This document shows positions 17,013 to 26,903 of a DNA stretch of 64,000 nucleotides, in pieces; positions within the stretch are counted from its first letter, which is position 1, and each line of letters starts with the position of its first letter. Origin of the DNA: a virus. The notes beneath the pieces were generated by a model that saw only the letters and a program-made list of their open reading frames with translations, did no database searches and was not told where the DNA came from. The stretch covers positions 64,001 to 128,000 of the IMG/VR virus record IMGVR_UViG_3300045747_000527; one strand, given 5' to 3'. The position numbers were made by a program, and so were the translations under genes.

Positions 17013-20000
17013 TCAAGAAATGAAGTAGTAGAACTGGACGCTTCCTGCCGTTGTCAAGTTCCAGGTGAATGTTCGCGCTCGCCAGGTAACGGCGAACCCC
17101 TGGCCTGTACAGGGTGTTGTCAGGCCTGAGAGGTCTAGCGCTGTGTACGTTCCCTGTGACTGCGACAACGGAACCCCGGTGACGATGCTGGTAGATGGCT
17201 GCGCCAGGAGATCTATTGACGCATAGTCTGCCGCCGACGGTCCCCGCACAGGAGCCCGCACGATCACCACTACGCGGGTCAAGGTGCCTGATCCCGGTAG
17301 TACGCGCAGAACAGTCGTCACATCTTGAGACGCTCCCAGCGCCTGTAGCCCAGCCAGAGCGATCAGGTCGGTGGGCAGAGTACTCGATAAAATGGAGACC
17401 TGTTGACGAGGGCAGAGGCCGTCATGGTCCCACACGAACGAGATGGGTGCCTCATCCAAATGGTGTCTTATGCGCCCAGCTCCGTCGTAGTCATCCCAAC
17501 GAAGCACGCCGCGTACCAGCGGGTCTATGCTCTGCACGACCTTTAGCTTGACCGTGGTAGCTACCAGATCTACTACCTCAATGTCGTCCGAAAGATCTTT
17601 CTGCAGAACAGTCATCACGTTCGTGTAGTGCGGCTTGACGTGCCTCACAAAATCTGCGGCGAACATGATGTGCAAAGGATCGAACGCATCCGCGTTACCC
17701 CTCAGCATGAACCTGAAGTACTTCTGCAGACCAGAGATTGTATTGTTCGCCGTAAACCCACTTCCCCAGCTCGGGCTGTTGACCCAGTCTAGGATTTCCA
17801 CGCCTCCGCACAATGGCGCGAACCTCTCCACTACATCGCCTACCTTGAACTGCGTTGGGCCGACAGACCGTGGGTAGAAGTAGCTGCGCACCAGGGTACT
17901 GTTCTTGTCCTGAATGAGCAGGCGACCCTCTTTCGTGCTGAAGAGGTCGTTGACCTCTACAACCGTACCAGCCTCTTCCGCGAAAGGCAGGCCAAGCAGA
18001 ATCTGCACGCCCACTCGCATACGGAAAACAGAGGGCCCACCCCAGTAGGCGTACCACAAACCCTGCACCGCGGACAGGTAGTCTAGGTTTGGCAGATCTT
18101 TCTTCCACTCCGTGAAAGACTTCTCCGATAGCGGAGGCACCAAGCTGCCGAAGTTAGCCTCGATGGCTGGGCTATTATCCAGGTGAGTCTGCTCTGCCCA
18201 ATATGAGTCAACCGGCGGGTCCTGCGCAGCAAACGTCCCATTCCTGAGCACGATAGCGTTGACGCTCACCCCATTCTGCTCTATCCGCTTGACCGAGTAA
18301 TCCTTACCCTCCTCCAGCACATCCCTGGGGTTAAGTACGTCAGCCTGTAGGCGGGGTACGCTCACTACGAGATCATCTACAGGAATACTCTGCGTCCGCA
18401 AAACTCCAGTGAAAATGGTCTCGTAGTTATCCCGGTAGCCGTTCCACTTGATAAGAAGCGGTCGTGGGTCAAAAGCAAGCTGCTTACCATGCGCGATATG
18501 CACTGGACAGTGAATATCGACTACGCCTCCAGTAGACAGATCTCGCACAGAGAACACAGCCAGATCGCTGCGCAGAACCCCTGCAGCGTAAAAATCCACA
18601 GTCTTGGAGACAACCACACTGGGGACAAACCAGAGTCCAAGCGAAGCAGGAGGCAGCTCCTGGGTTATCCTCATGCAGAGATTCGTGTGAACATACGGAT
18701 CTTCCTCATAGCTGATACAGGTAGCTGCAAAGTTACGCCAGCCTGTAGGACTCCCGTAAAAGTCAGTGCTCAAAACCCGCAGAGAACTGTCGAACACACT
18801 ACGCATACTCGCTTCAAACACAACCATAGAACCCGGAAGCACCACATCCTGAAGGCGCTCCACGTCCCGAGCCCACCAACCCACGTACGTGAGCTTCCCC
18901 ATGACTGTACTATCCGTAGTCCACACCCAAACATAGCCATCTCCCCACACCTCATTTTGCGGGTTCTCAAAGGCCAAAGTATTTGGGTGCCGCCTGCCCC
19001 ACTGGAGGGTCACTGCGGCTGAGCTGCTGGGGTCGCCAATCAGTGCCTGCACCAACCCAGTGTGCACAATCTGCGGCATGACCTGCCCTGTGGCACCTAT
19101 GCGCACAGAGGCCATCTCCGGATACCCAGCTGCCACTAGAGCCGCGTTAATTTGCTCAACTATAGCCTCCGTCCCCATGAGGGGATCGGGGTCACCTGAG
19201 TCAAACACCAGACTGACAAGGGGTCCCCCATCTATGATCAAATCCAGGCGTTGGCCCCCCACGGGCCACGGCTCTAGAGAAAAGCCGTCACCGAATAGCG
19301 GCCCACGACTAATACGAATATCGGTAGATGTGTCTGCCACCTTGAACGAATACGGAAGCCACCGACGCTGGAAGGTGCGTTGGATATCTTTCAGACTCTT
19401 GTTGTAGTCGATCTGCCAGGCAGTCAATAAGATGTTTGCCGCAGCCTGGGCAAAACCGGACCACGCGGTGGCTACCTTCTCCTTGTCATCCAGGAGATCC
19501 CAGAAGTTAGATAGATAACTCCACAGGTACGTTACGTCCGGAACTACCCCCAGGGCCAATGCCGTAGGCACTACGTTCACCAGCATCGTGACGGGCGCGC
19601 TAGACATAGACACCGGTGGTGCCGTGGATACCACCAGTTGTACCTCGAACAAACCCGCGACATCAGGAGCCGCGTACGTAACCTGTGCCTGTGGTTCGTA
19701 GATAAACGTCGCTGTATGATTGACCGTCCATGCCGTGTTAGACCATGTGATCGGAATAGTGTCCCCGTCCACCACGAGCTGATCGTCATTCCAACCGCCG
19801 GCGTAATTGCGGACCCACGCGCCGTCCATCTGTGCCCACCTAGTCGGGCTGACCGTGTACGCGTAGGACTGCATGACACCCTGGGCGTCCCGCGCAGAGA
19901 GCACCAGGGTATCGCCCGGTTTCAGCAGTGGCGCGTTGGCTGCGCTAAACAACGATGCCCCTGGTAGCGCGGAAAACACAGGAGTGAATGGGTCGCCATC

Positions 20001-21011
20001 TTCATCGTCAATTGCGTGACCACTGTAATCATAGATCTTAAACCGGCTACCATCTGGGGCCAGCACCAGGGACCACTGGTACCGAAGGTTAGCGTCCGTG
20101 CTGTTCGGTCGATCACGAAAGGCGAGACTGGCAGAGGCATCCAGAAGAGTGGGCTCTCCGAGGAGGTCCGTTCTGTCAGGGCCCGGCACAGCCAACGGGT
20201 ATTCTACTGGGATGATGGGGACCACACGGTAGCAATCTGCCTGCACGTCAAATATTGAGAGACTCAACGGCGTGACTGCCTGACCCACGAACTCCAGCAC
20301 CGCTCCATTGCCGTACCCGTCTGGTGTATCGGGGGCAAGGGCCGTAAACAGAATTCCGGACTCCCCAATACTCTCTGTAGAGTAAGACAGCGTAGCTACG
20401 TTATTCTCGTCTACGGTCAAGCACAGCGTTGTGTCGTGCCCCACGCAAGCTTGAATACCCGCCGTGCCAGGTATGGGAACGACCCCAGAACTACTGAGCG
20501 CACCACCCCCAGGTACGCCTGGGCTACCCCAAGCGTCGCCGCCGTTGATCACCTCGCCAGAACTTCCACTCCAGGCGTCCCCACCGTCAATTACCTCGCT
20601 AGAACTTCCACTCCAAGCGTCGCCGCCATCGATCACCTGCTCCGGTGCTACTGCTCGGTCTACCAGAGCCACACCCTGCATGGACACCAGTACACCGAAG
20701 CACTTGCCCCCAGTACGGTACACCCCGAGGAAAAACCGATTGGCGGCCGGGTTGTTCAAATCTGCAGGCAGAGAGGCGGTGTTGAACCTAACCTGGAACG
20801 TGAATTTTGATCCTACAGGAAGGTCAAATTCCAAGTCGGCTACAGTGCCGTCATCACTCAGCACGTTCAGCCGGTCAGGAGACCCGTGCGCGGCCACAAC
20901 ACGCCCGGAGGAGGACACCTCTGCACAATCCAGCAGCGTATAGATACTCGTAGCACCCGCGTCTAGACAACGATAACTATCAGAAACAGGTACGTGTTGT
21001 AGATCAGCCAT
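17013..21011 (-). CDS. Large baseplate/tail structural protein with PKD-like domain
   Basis: 1332 aa; LLDASASL...YQWSLV...PDVAGLFEVQLVV PKD-like region; wedge-like C-terminus (YLSAVQGLWYAYWGGPS...FVRHVKPHYT). Confidence 0.65.
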   Translation of the reverse strand: MADLQHVPVSDSYRCLDAGATSIYTLLDCAEVSSSGRVVAAHGSPDRLNVLSDDGTVADLEFDLPVGSKFTFQVRFNTASLPADLNNPAANRFFLGVYRTGGKCFGVLVSMQGVALVDRAVAPEQVIDGGDAWSGSSSEVIDGGDAWSGSSGEVINGGDAWGSPGVPGGGALSSSGVVPIPGTAGIQACVGHDTTLCLTVDENNVATLSYSTESIGESGILFTALAPDTPDGYGNGAVLEFVGQAVTPLSLSIFDVQADCYRVVPIIPVEYPLAVPGPDRTDLLGEPTLLDASASLAFRDRPNSTDANLRYQWSLVLAPDGSRFKIYDYSGHAIDDEDGDPFTPVFSALPGASLFSAANAPLLKPGDTLVLSARDAQGVMQSYAYTVSPTRWAQMDGAWVRNYAGGWNDDQLVVDGDTIPITWSNTAWTVNHTATFIYEPQAQVTYAAPDVAGLFEVQLVVSTAPPVSMSSAPVTMLVNVVPTALALGVVPDVTYLWSYLSNFWDLLDDKEKVATAWSGFAQAAANILLTAWQIDYNKSLKDIQRTFQRRWLPYSFKVADTSTDIRISRGPLFGDGFSLEPWPVGGQRLDLIIDGGPLVSLVFDSGDPDPLMGTEAIVEQINAALVAAGYPEMASVRIGATGQVMPQIVHTGLVQALIGDPSSSAAVTLQWGRRHPNTLAFENPQNEVWGDGYVWVWTTDSTVMGKLTYVGWWARDVERLQDVVLPGSMVVFEASMRSVFDSSLRVLSTDFYGSPTGWRNFAATCISYEEDPYVHTNLCMRITQELPPASLGLWFVPSVVVSKTVDFYAAGVLRSDLAVFSVRDLSTGGVVDIHCPVHIAHGKQLAFDPRPLLIKWNGYRDNYETIFTGVLRTQSIPVDDLVVSVPRLQADVLNPRDVLEEGKDYSVKRIEQNGVSVNAIVLRNGTFAAQDPPVDSYWAEQTHLDNSPAIEANFGSLVPPLSEKSFTEWKKDLPNLDYLSAVQGLWYAYWGGPSVFRMRVGVQILLGLPFAEEAGTVVEVNDLFSTKEGRLLIQDKNSTLVRSYFYPRSVGPTQFKVGDVVERFAPLCGGVEILDWVNSPSWGSGFTANNTISGLQKYFRFMLRGNADAFDPLHIMFAADFVRHVKPHYTNVMTVLQKDLSDDIEVVDLVATTVKLKVVQSIDPLVRGVLRWDDYDGAGRIRHHLDEAPISFVWDHDGLCPRQQVSILSSTLPTDLIALAGLQALGASQDVTTVLRVLPGSGTLTRVVVIVRAPVRGPSAADYASIDLLAQPSTSIVTGVPLSQSQGTYTALDLSGLTTPCTGQGFAVTWRARTFTWNLTTAGSVQFYYFIS
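20529..20640 (-). repeat. In-frame 42-bp tandem repeat, about 2.7 copies (EVIDGGDAWSGSS)
   Basis: Units start at 20529, 20571 and 20613; peptide EQVIDGGDAWSGSSSEVIDGGDAWSGSSGEVINGGDAW. Confidence 0.9.
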
Positions 21012-21076
21012 GGTCTGCCCTTACCAAATCTGACACGCTACGGCTACAGTGGTAGTAGCCGAAACGCGTCATGATC

Positions 21077-21105
21077 TTGCTATTTTGCGAAGAAGAGAAT
21101 ACGCT
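21077..21105 (+). promoter_or_regulatory. Candidate sigma70-type promoter for the antisense Zn-ribbon gene
   Basis: TTGCTA-N17-TACGCT, 22 nt upstream of ATG 21128. Confidence 0.4.
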
Positions 21106-21127
21106 ACCAAGCATGCAACTGATATGC

Positions 21128-21427
21128 ATGGACCCAGACGAGATCTCAAAGTTACTAGAGGGCCACACGAACATTGTGACCCCCATGGCAGAGAAACGCG
21201 AAGCCTTCTACAAGAGCCAGCAGTGCCCCAACTGCGAGAGCACGTCCCTTACGAGGAGCACGAACAGTCGTATCGCATTCCGGGGCGACGATCCTCTTGC
21301 CCGGTACGTTATGACCTGCCAAGACTGTGATTGCGTTTTCGATCCTCACTCGAACCTCGTACTTGAGATGGGAAACCGTGCCAAACTGAAGTCAGCAATA
21401 CCCCTGCTATCGGGGCCCGAAGACTAG
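21128..21427 (+). CDS. Small Zn-ribbon protein, opposite strand to the structural block
   Basis: CPNC...CQDCDC; fills the gap between two minus-strand genes; ORF-track start 21071, candidate promoter favours 21128. Confidence 0.65.
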   Translation: MDPDEISKLLEGHTNIVTPMAEKREAFYKSQQCPNCESTSLTRSTNSRIAFRGDDPLARYVMTCQDCDCVFDPHSNLVLEMGNRAKLKSAIPLLSGPED

Positions 21428-24400
21428 CGCCGTGTGACCACTACCTTTCCGGGGAAGAAGGTCGATAGCCGCCCATGAGATATCACGTTGCTCGACCGCA
21501 CCACAGAAAGAACCCGACTAGCGTTCGTGTCTAAAGAGACCAGCACCAGGGGATTCTGCACGAACGTCGCTCCCCTCCGCATAGCCAGCTTCTGGATAGA
21601 GGACGCCTGCGCATTGTCGGTCGGCCCAAGCCCCGCCAGATACGCGTCTACATCTGCCTGGACTACCTCCATGGATGAGCCGCCTTGGTACACCAACTCG
21701 AAGTACAAGTAGCTAGGGAAGAGGTGTCGCGCCAACAGACTCGCCGTTACCACGCGATCCAGTTCAGCTCCAATGAAGAGCTGCACGGACTCGGTAAGTG
21801 AGGAGTAGTCATAGTTGACCTGGACATTCTGACCCGCGAGCGTGGCAGCGTTCCCCAGGTCATCAGTTTCGCCGTTCAGCAGCAGCTGACGACTGAAGAC
21901 CATATTCACGTCTTCCTCGGTAGAGAAGCTCAAGTTCGGGTCTACCACCTGAAGGTGATACCCGTCCGCCTCGTACCCAGTAGCGAGCAGCACAGTTCCG
22001 TCAGGAATATTGTACAAATCTCCGGCACCGTCTGACAGCAGCTGCACATCCATGTAGTACAGGCCACTCTCGACCTGATTCTGCATGGCTGTAACGTGAG
22101 TGCGCTGTGAGCCGGTCCTTCTGATCTGAAAATGCTGGCTGTTCCACTCTGACGTGATTTGAGCCTGGTCTTCCGGCACCAGCAGCAACCCCATGGTATC
22201 CCCCATGCTGCGGGTGAGGCCGGTGGTCTTGATGGTGTAGCTTCCAGCGTTGACTGCAGCGTTGCTGAGACCGTCTGTGCTACCTAGATAATTCGGCAGT
22301 CCCAAATAAGGTACAGCCCACAGAGCGTACCTCAGCAGATCTGTCGAGTAGACTCTAGGTATCTCTATAGAAAAATCTGCCTCAAGCAAAAGTCTACCGG
22401 TGTCATCTATCGACGCTATGGTGGAGCCGAGCTGCTCATTGATGAAATTGACGAGACTACTCGCGTTCACCACTTGGTCGGTGAACAAGAGGGTCTTGCG
22501 CGGACCACCTCCGAGACGGATGTCCATGAACTTACCCACTACGCCCGCGAGGTTGAAGTCAGCAGTCGCTAGTATCGGCCGGTACGTTATGTCAATTTGA
22601 TCTCCAGCCCGAACCCTGCGAGTGACAAAGTCCAGTTCCTCCGTACGAGAACTCACCACCTGCGCGTTGAAACTGTGTGCGGAGACAAGTCCATACCCGG
22701 TCCCAGCCGCCCTATCTGGTGTGCTACGCAAGTTGTTGGGAATTTTGGAGGTAGGGTCAGGGATAATCACTCTGGACAAAGCCGGGTCCGGTATGAACCG
22801 TAAAGGAACACCGTTCACAGTAGCCGTGAAGTGCGTACGCTTGACCTCTGTCTCCTGGATGACGTCAGGGTCACTTGGAAAGTTACGAACAGCTGCACAG
22901 TTAGCTGGACGGTCGGCCGTATTCAGCAACGCCGGCCGGTAGCCTCCCAGTACCTCCATAGAGGTAGGATCTTTAAAGTAAATCCTGGCAGTGCCAATCG
23001 ACCGAGTACCTACCTGCACAGGAACGTCATACTGTGGCTCAGGGAACCGGGTGATCTTCTTGTCCTCGTCAAAGTCAAGAACGTACAGACGAGCCGTGTC
23101 AACGTGCTTTAGGTAGGTATTCTTAGCTACACCTGCGCCCTGGATTTGCACAGAATCAAGCTCTGCATCCAAAGCTGCCCTAGCCCCTTCCGGCGTCTCA
23201 GCCCACGTAGCAGGGTCAAGCCAAGAAAACGCAGGCGGTTCCCGCACGTTTATGATCTGGCGGTTGTCGTCCATAGCGTCAATGCCGAAGTACTGCGAGC
23301 CGCCCGTAGGTATGGCCGCGGAAACGTGCAACCACGAAAAGTCAGATCTGAGCTGCAGCCGGTGCTTACCGTCCAGAGGGAAAAGACTCGCCACACCTGG
23401 AAGCCGCGAGTTGATCGCGTCCACCAACTCATCTTTGTTCATCACTCCACCGAGAGGCACCACCCTTGGGAGCTCATTATCTGCCGGAGATGCAGAGTAG
23501 TCCTTGTAGATGTACAGAGCAGCTTCGGTAGGCAGAGGGTAGGCCACATCTTCCAGCGGCACACGCCCTATGATCCCAACTATCGCATGGGACGTCACAC
23601 ACTTGACCCCAGTTCCTAAATTGGAGAAGGAACTAGACCGAATGTCTACAGGCACACCGTAAGGAACCTGGTGCCCAGTGGGCTGATTGCTACTGTCCAG
23701 AAGGTCTACCGAACGGATCTGAACCAATGGAAACTGAAGACCCGCCTGTACTCGTAACACCTCCCAGCCGACGCCCACAGCGCTGGTAGTCAGAGGAGCC
23801 GATAACTCCAGGTTTTTGCTGCCCGTGCCTGCCACCCTCAGGATGCTGTAGTCTCCAGCGTCTACTCCATCCGCGATACGCAACCTGTCTCCGGCGGCAA
23901 CACCGAAGTTCTGGAAGTTCACCGCACCGGCCGTAGTGAAGACGTTACTGGACTGAGCAGTACTTCCGTCGCCACCGGATGCCTTCCGCAGTGTAGGCTG
24001 CCGGAGGTTTACGGTGACAGTCTTGACGATCTTGTAGCGCAGGAACTCCTGGGTAGAGCTGAACGGTGGGGTAACCTGTAAGCAGCCATGATCTGTGCTG
24101 CCTAGGGGTTCCACTGCGTTCGACCTGCCGACACGCAGGATGGTCCTCGTGCCAGCGTCAGGACCTGTCTCCACTATCAGGCTATCCCCCGGCTCCACGC
24201 CCATCGCCCCAAAGTTAACGGTGGTGGGCATTCCGCCGTACCAGTACGAATCATCCGAAACATCAGGGGTAGGCCTATCCCAGAAGAAATCACGCTGATC
24301 TGATATCGTTCGGCCGTTTACACCGTCACGGAAAAGAGGATTCTCGTCCTCCAGGTCTGCGATAACCTGAGACGCCGCATCGGCAGCCTGACCTCGCACG

Positions 24401-25920
24401 TAAAAATCGGAGCAGCCCCCAATATGCACCTGGCCCGGCAGGACCTTGATCGCCGCCCTCTCATCAGAGAGAACAATGCCCGACGGAACACCAGAAATGG
24501 TGAGTTCCCGCCTACGAATTTCCCAGCTGAGCTTGGTTACCCAGTTGAGCGAATCTGCGGGAAGAGGGTAACTCCCATTTGCCGGGTCGTCCAAAACCAC
24601 CAGATCAGTAGTATTTCCGTCAAAGCTGACAATCTGACTCTTGCGAGTAGACCGGATCAACACCCACTTTATGTGCTGCTCACCCGCACCGTAGTACGCA
24701 GCAGAGGTTTGGGCATCTACTAGCTGGATATACCCGCCGACGACCTGTGAGATCTTCAGGGTCTTGACGCCGTTCTGCCCAGGAACACCCAAGATCGTTA
24801 TTACGCGACCTACGTCAGATGCATCAAAGACATTAGGACTTGGCACGAGCAGCCTGTCTCTGTGCACCACCTCAATGGACGCCTCGCCCCCACACACGAC
24901 CTCCGTGGTAAGCAGGTACAGCGGAGATTCTGCTGGTACTGGACCAGGGCTAAAACCCGGTGGGAGTACGGTGGCCACCTGAGCACCAAGCCGAGTAGTT
25001 GTGCTACCCCCAGCACCGTCGCTAAGAGGTATGCCGTCTACCCCCGACAAAATCACCTCTCCCAAATCTCCGCCCGTGAGCACATCCCGGTTCATCTCGG
25101 GGTCAGAGCACCCGATTACCTGCAGCTGTGTCAGTGCTGGAAACTCATCCCGGAGTCTTGCGCTCACACCCCGCGGAGTTACCAGGGAGCGTTCCGTAAT
25201 GCTCGCTGCTGTCCTGGCAATGAGATCCTCTGATGTCTCCGTGGGCAAACCACCAGTGAACCTGGTCACATTGGTCACCCGCACAGCCACGCTGATGTTC
25301 GTGACACCCACCAGATAGCCAACGTCGATGTTGTACTGATCTCCTGACTGCTCGGCGACAACATCTACGTCGAAGTAGAACAACGCCCCCGACTGGTTGA
25401 ACGCCATGTTCTCCGCAGAGATGCTCTGCTGCCGATCTGGGTAGAAGCGCAGGTTATCCGCGGTGTAGAACACGTTCCCCACGCTCACACGTACCGCTTG
25501 AGGCGCGTTGAAGTACAACCGGCCCTTACCTCGTGACAGGTCTCCGGTGTTCCGATTGACGAACAGGTTCGCCGCGAAGGCATCCACCTCACTATCCGCC
25601 AGCTGGTCTGGCGCGATAAGAGACTGGCCGTTCTTGATAAGCTGGAGCTCTCTGATCACAGGATCGAGCAGCACCTGCATCGGCTTGATGAGTAAGTCCC
25701 GAAGCCCTGTGCCCTCTTGCACGTTGGTGTCTGGGAACTCTTGAGCCATGCGCGAGTCAAGGAACTCCTCAACGGGCATTTCAAAGGGGTCGGGCTGATA
25801 GCGAACCACGGTAGGCTGCACAACCTGTGCATCCGCGGGAGAGCCTGAGGACAAGTCAATGGTAGGGTCGTAGACACGGAGTCTATCCTGCAGAAACTCT
25901 TCCAGTGTTGTGGTCGCCAT
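21424..25920 (-). CDS. Baseplate J-like (wedge) protein, greatly extended
   Basis: N-terminal RNTGDLSRGKGRLYF...FYFDVDVVAEQSGDQYNI...VTNVTRFTGGLPTETSEDLIART...TPRGVSARL is typical of baseplate J; GGAG SD before ATG 25920. Confidence 0.8.
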   Translation of the reverse strand: MATTTLEEFLQDRLRVYDPTIDLSSGSPADAQVVQPTVVRYQPDPFEMPVEEFLDSRMAQEFPDTNVQEGTGLRDLLIKPMQVLLDPVIRELQLIKNGQSLIAPDQLADSEVDAFAANLFVNRNTGDLSRGKGRLYFNAPQAVRVSVGNVFYTADNLRFYPDRQQSISAENMAFNQSGALFYFDVDVVAEQSGDQYNIDVGYLVGVTNISVAVRVTNVTRFTGGLPTETSEDLIARTAASITERSLVTPRGVSARLRDEFPALTQLQVIGCSDPEMNRDVLTGGDLGEVILSGVDGIPLSDGAGGSTTTRLGAQVATVLPPGFSPGPVPAESPLYLLTTEVVCGGEASIEVVHRDRLLVPSPNVFDASDVGRVITILGVPGQNGVKTLKISQVVGGYIQLVDAQTSAAYYGAGEQHIKWVLIRSTRKSQIVSFDGNTTDLVVLDDPANGSYPLPADSLNWVTKLSWEIRRRELTISGVPSGIVLSDERAAIKVLPGQVHIGGCSDFYVRGQAADAASQVIADLEDENPLFRDGVNGRTISDQRDFFWDRPTPDVSDDSYWYGGMPTTVNFGAMGVEPGDSLIVETGPDAGTRTILRVGRSNAVEPLGSTDHGCLQVTPPFSSTQEFLRYKIVKTVTVNLRQPTLRKASGGDGSTAQSSNVFTTAGAVNFQNFGVAAGDRLRIADGVDAGDYSILRVAGTGSKNLELSAPLTTSAVGVGWEVLRVQAGLQFPLVQIRSVDLLDSSNQPTGHQVPYGVPVDIRSSSFSNLGTGVKCVTSHAIVGIIGRVPLEDVAYPLPTEAALYIYKDYSASPADNELPRVVPLGGVMNKDELVDAINSRLPGVASLFPLDGKHRLQLRSDFSWLHVSAAIPTGGSQYFGIDAMDDNRQIINVREPPAFSWLDPATWAETPEGARAALDAELDSVQIQGAGVAKNTYLKHVDTARLYVLDFDEDKKITRFPEPQYDVPVQVGTRSIGTARIYFKDPTSMEVLGGYRPALLNTADRPANCAAVRNFPSDPDVIQETEVKRTHFTATVNGVPLRFIPDPALSRVIIPDPTSKIPNNLRSTPDRAAGTGYGLVSAHSFNAQVVSSRTEELDFVTRRVRAGDQIDITYRPILATADFNLAGVVGKFMDIRLGGGPRKTLLFTDQVVNASSLVNFINEQLGSTIASIDDTGRLLLEADFSIEIPRVYSTDLLRYALWAVPYLGLPNYLGSTDGLSNAAVNAGSYTIKTTGLTRSMGDTMGLLLVPEDQAQITSEWNSQHFQIRRTGSQRTHVTAMQNQVESGLYYMDVQLLSDGAGDLYNIPDGTVLLATGYEADGYHLQVVDPNLSFSTEEDVNMVFSRQLLLNGETDDLGNAATLAGQNVQVNYDYSSLTESVQLFIGAELDRVVTASLLARHLFPSYLYFELVYQGGSSMEVVQADVDAYLAGLGPTDNAQASSIQKLAMRRGATFVQNPLVLVSLDTNASRVLSVVRSSNVISHGRLSTFFPGKVVVTRR

Positions 25921-25962
25921 TATGTGTTTGCTCCAGGTTCTTTGGGCAGGAGAATGGGGAAG

Positions 25963-25991
25963 ATTATACGCCACCAGCCACCCGGAGTGAA
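25963..25991 (-). promoter_or_regulatory. Sigma70-like promoter upstream of the baseplate J-like gene
   Basis: Minus strand TTCACT-N17-TATAAT in the divergent intergenic region. Confidence 0.55.
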
Positions 25992-26066
25992 AGAACCGCT
26001 CTGTGACTCAGTGGGGCAAAATGAGGAGGCAAAATGGGTATAAGTACTATGAGGAAAGGAGATCAC

Positions 26067-26861
26067 ATGCGCTACATTACACTGATCATATTGGCCGCGG
26101 GGTGCTCTACTAACACCGCAGGCCTCCAAAACCGCACCACCCCAGGCGCCGATGCCGCCGCCGACATAGTCGTTCAGGTGGACACCCTGACCACCCAGTT
26201 AGCGGACGCCCATTTGGCGGACGCCCAGGTCACCATCCCTTGTGGCGGAGCCTGCGGCGTCGGCACAACCTGCGTGTCTGGCACCTGCCTCGCGACCAGC
26301 GGCCCAGAACCCCAGCAAGGTCCTGAACCCCAGATGGGACCTGAGCCACAGCAGGGGCCAGAGCCTCAGATGGGCCCCGAGCCGCGACAGTTGGTGGAGC
26401 CCCAGCCGCGACTCCCAGGACCCGAGCCCCAACAAGGGCCGGAACCTCAACAGGGCCCGGAACCACAGGGTCTGCTCCGCGAGGTAGGCCCCGAGCCCCG
26501 CCCTGATGGCGGAATGCCTGACACCTCCCCAGTTGGCTGCGGACACATTGGAGAGGCGTGCTGCGCACAGAGAACCTGCATCACAGGGTTCTGCACCAGC
26601 GGCAGCTGCGTGGGCCAGGACGCTGAAGTCGTCACCCCACCGGACACTACACCTGCTTGTGGCGGTGTCGGACAGCTCTGCTGCCTGACCCGAGCGCAAG
26701 CAGTCGCGATGGTGGCGCAAGGACAACCAGCAGACGTAATTCGGCAGTATGACTGCCCAACCAGCTACACGACCAGTGGCTGCTTCGACGTACAAAAGAC
26801 TGACGGCACCTGGGAAGGCCGCTGCCAGACGTGCAAGAACCTGAACAACTGTCCCTCCTAG
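26067..26861 (+). CDS. Cys-rich lipoprotein with Pro-Glu-Pro-Gln repeats (moron-like)
   Basis: AAGGAG SD; MRYITLIILAAG-C lipobox; CGGACGVGTTCVSGTC, CGHIGEACC, CGGVGQLCC repeats; PDGG linker. Confidence 0.8.
   Translation: MRYITLIILAAGCSTNTAGLQNRTTPGADAAADIVVQVDTLTTQLADAHLADAQVTIPCGGACGVGTTCVSGTCLATSGPEPQQGPEPQMGPEPQQGPEPQMGPEPRQLVEPQPRLPGPEPQQGPEPQQGPEPQGLLREVGPEPRPDGGMPDTSPVGCGHIGEACCAQRTCITGFCTSGSCVGQDAEVVTPPDTTPACGGVGQLCCLTRAQAVAMVAQGQPADVIRQYDCPTSYTTSGCFDVQKTDGTWEGRCQTCKNLNNCPS
26301..26502 (+). repeat. 18-bp in-frame repeat, GPEPQ(Q/M), about 9 copies
   Basis: GPEPQQ GPEPQM GPEPQQ GPEPQM GPEPRQ ... GPEPQQ GPEPQQ GPEPQG ... GPEPRP; synonymous codons differ between copies. Confidence 0.9.
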
Positions 26862-26867
26862 TTACCT

Positions 26868-26902
26868 GAAAGGCGACCCTTCTGTGGTCGGGGTCGCCTT
26901 TC
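26868..26902. terminator. Probable bidirectional terminator between convergent genes
   Basis: Perfect 12-bp inverted repeat GAAAGGCGACCC/GGGTCGCCTTTC directly between the two stop codons. Confidence 0.8.
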
Positions 26903-26903
26903 T

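Noticed and set aside
20529-26502. Short tandem repeats as possible CRISPR arrays
   Set aside because: They are in-frame coding repeats with synonymous variation and no unique spacers.
26199-26795. Minus-strand ORFs across the lipoprotein gene
   Set aside because: Shadows of the GPEPQ repeat; the + strand gene has an SD, a lipobox and a terminator.
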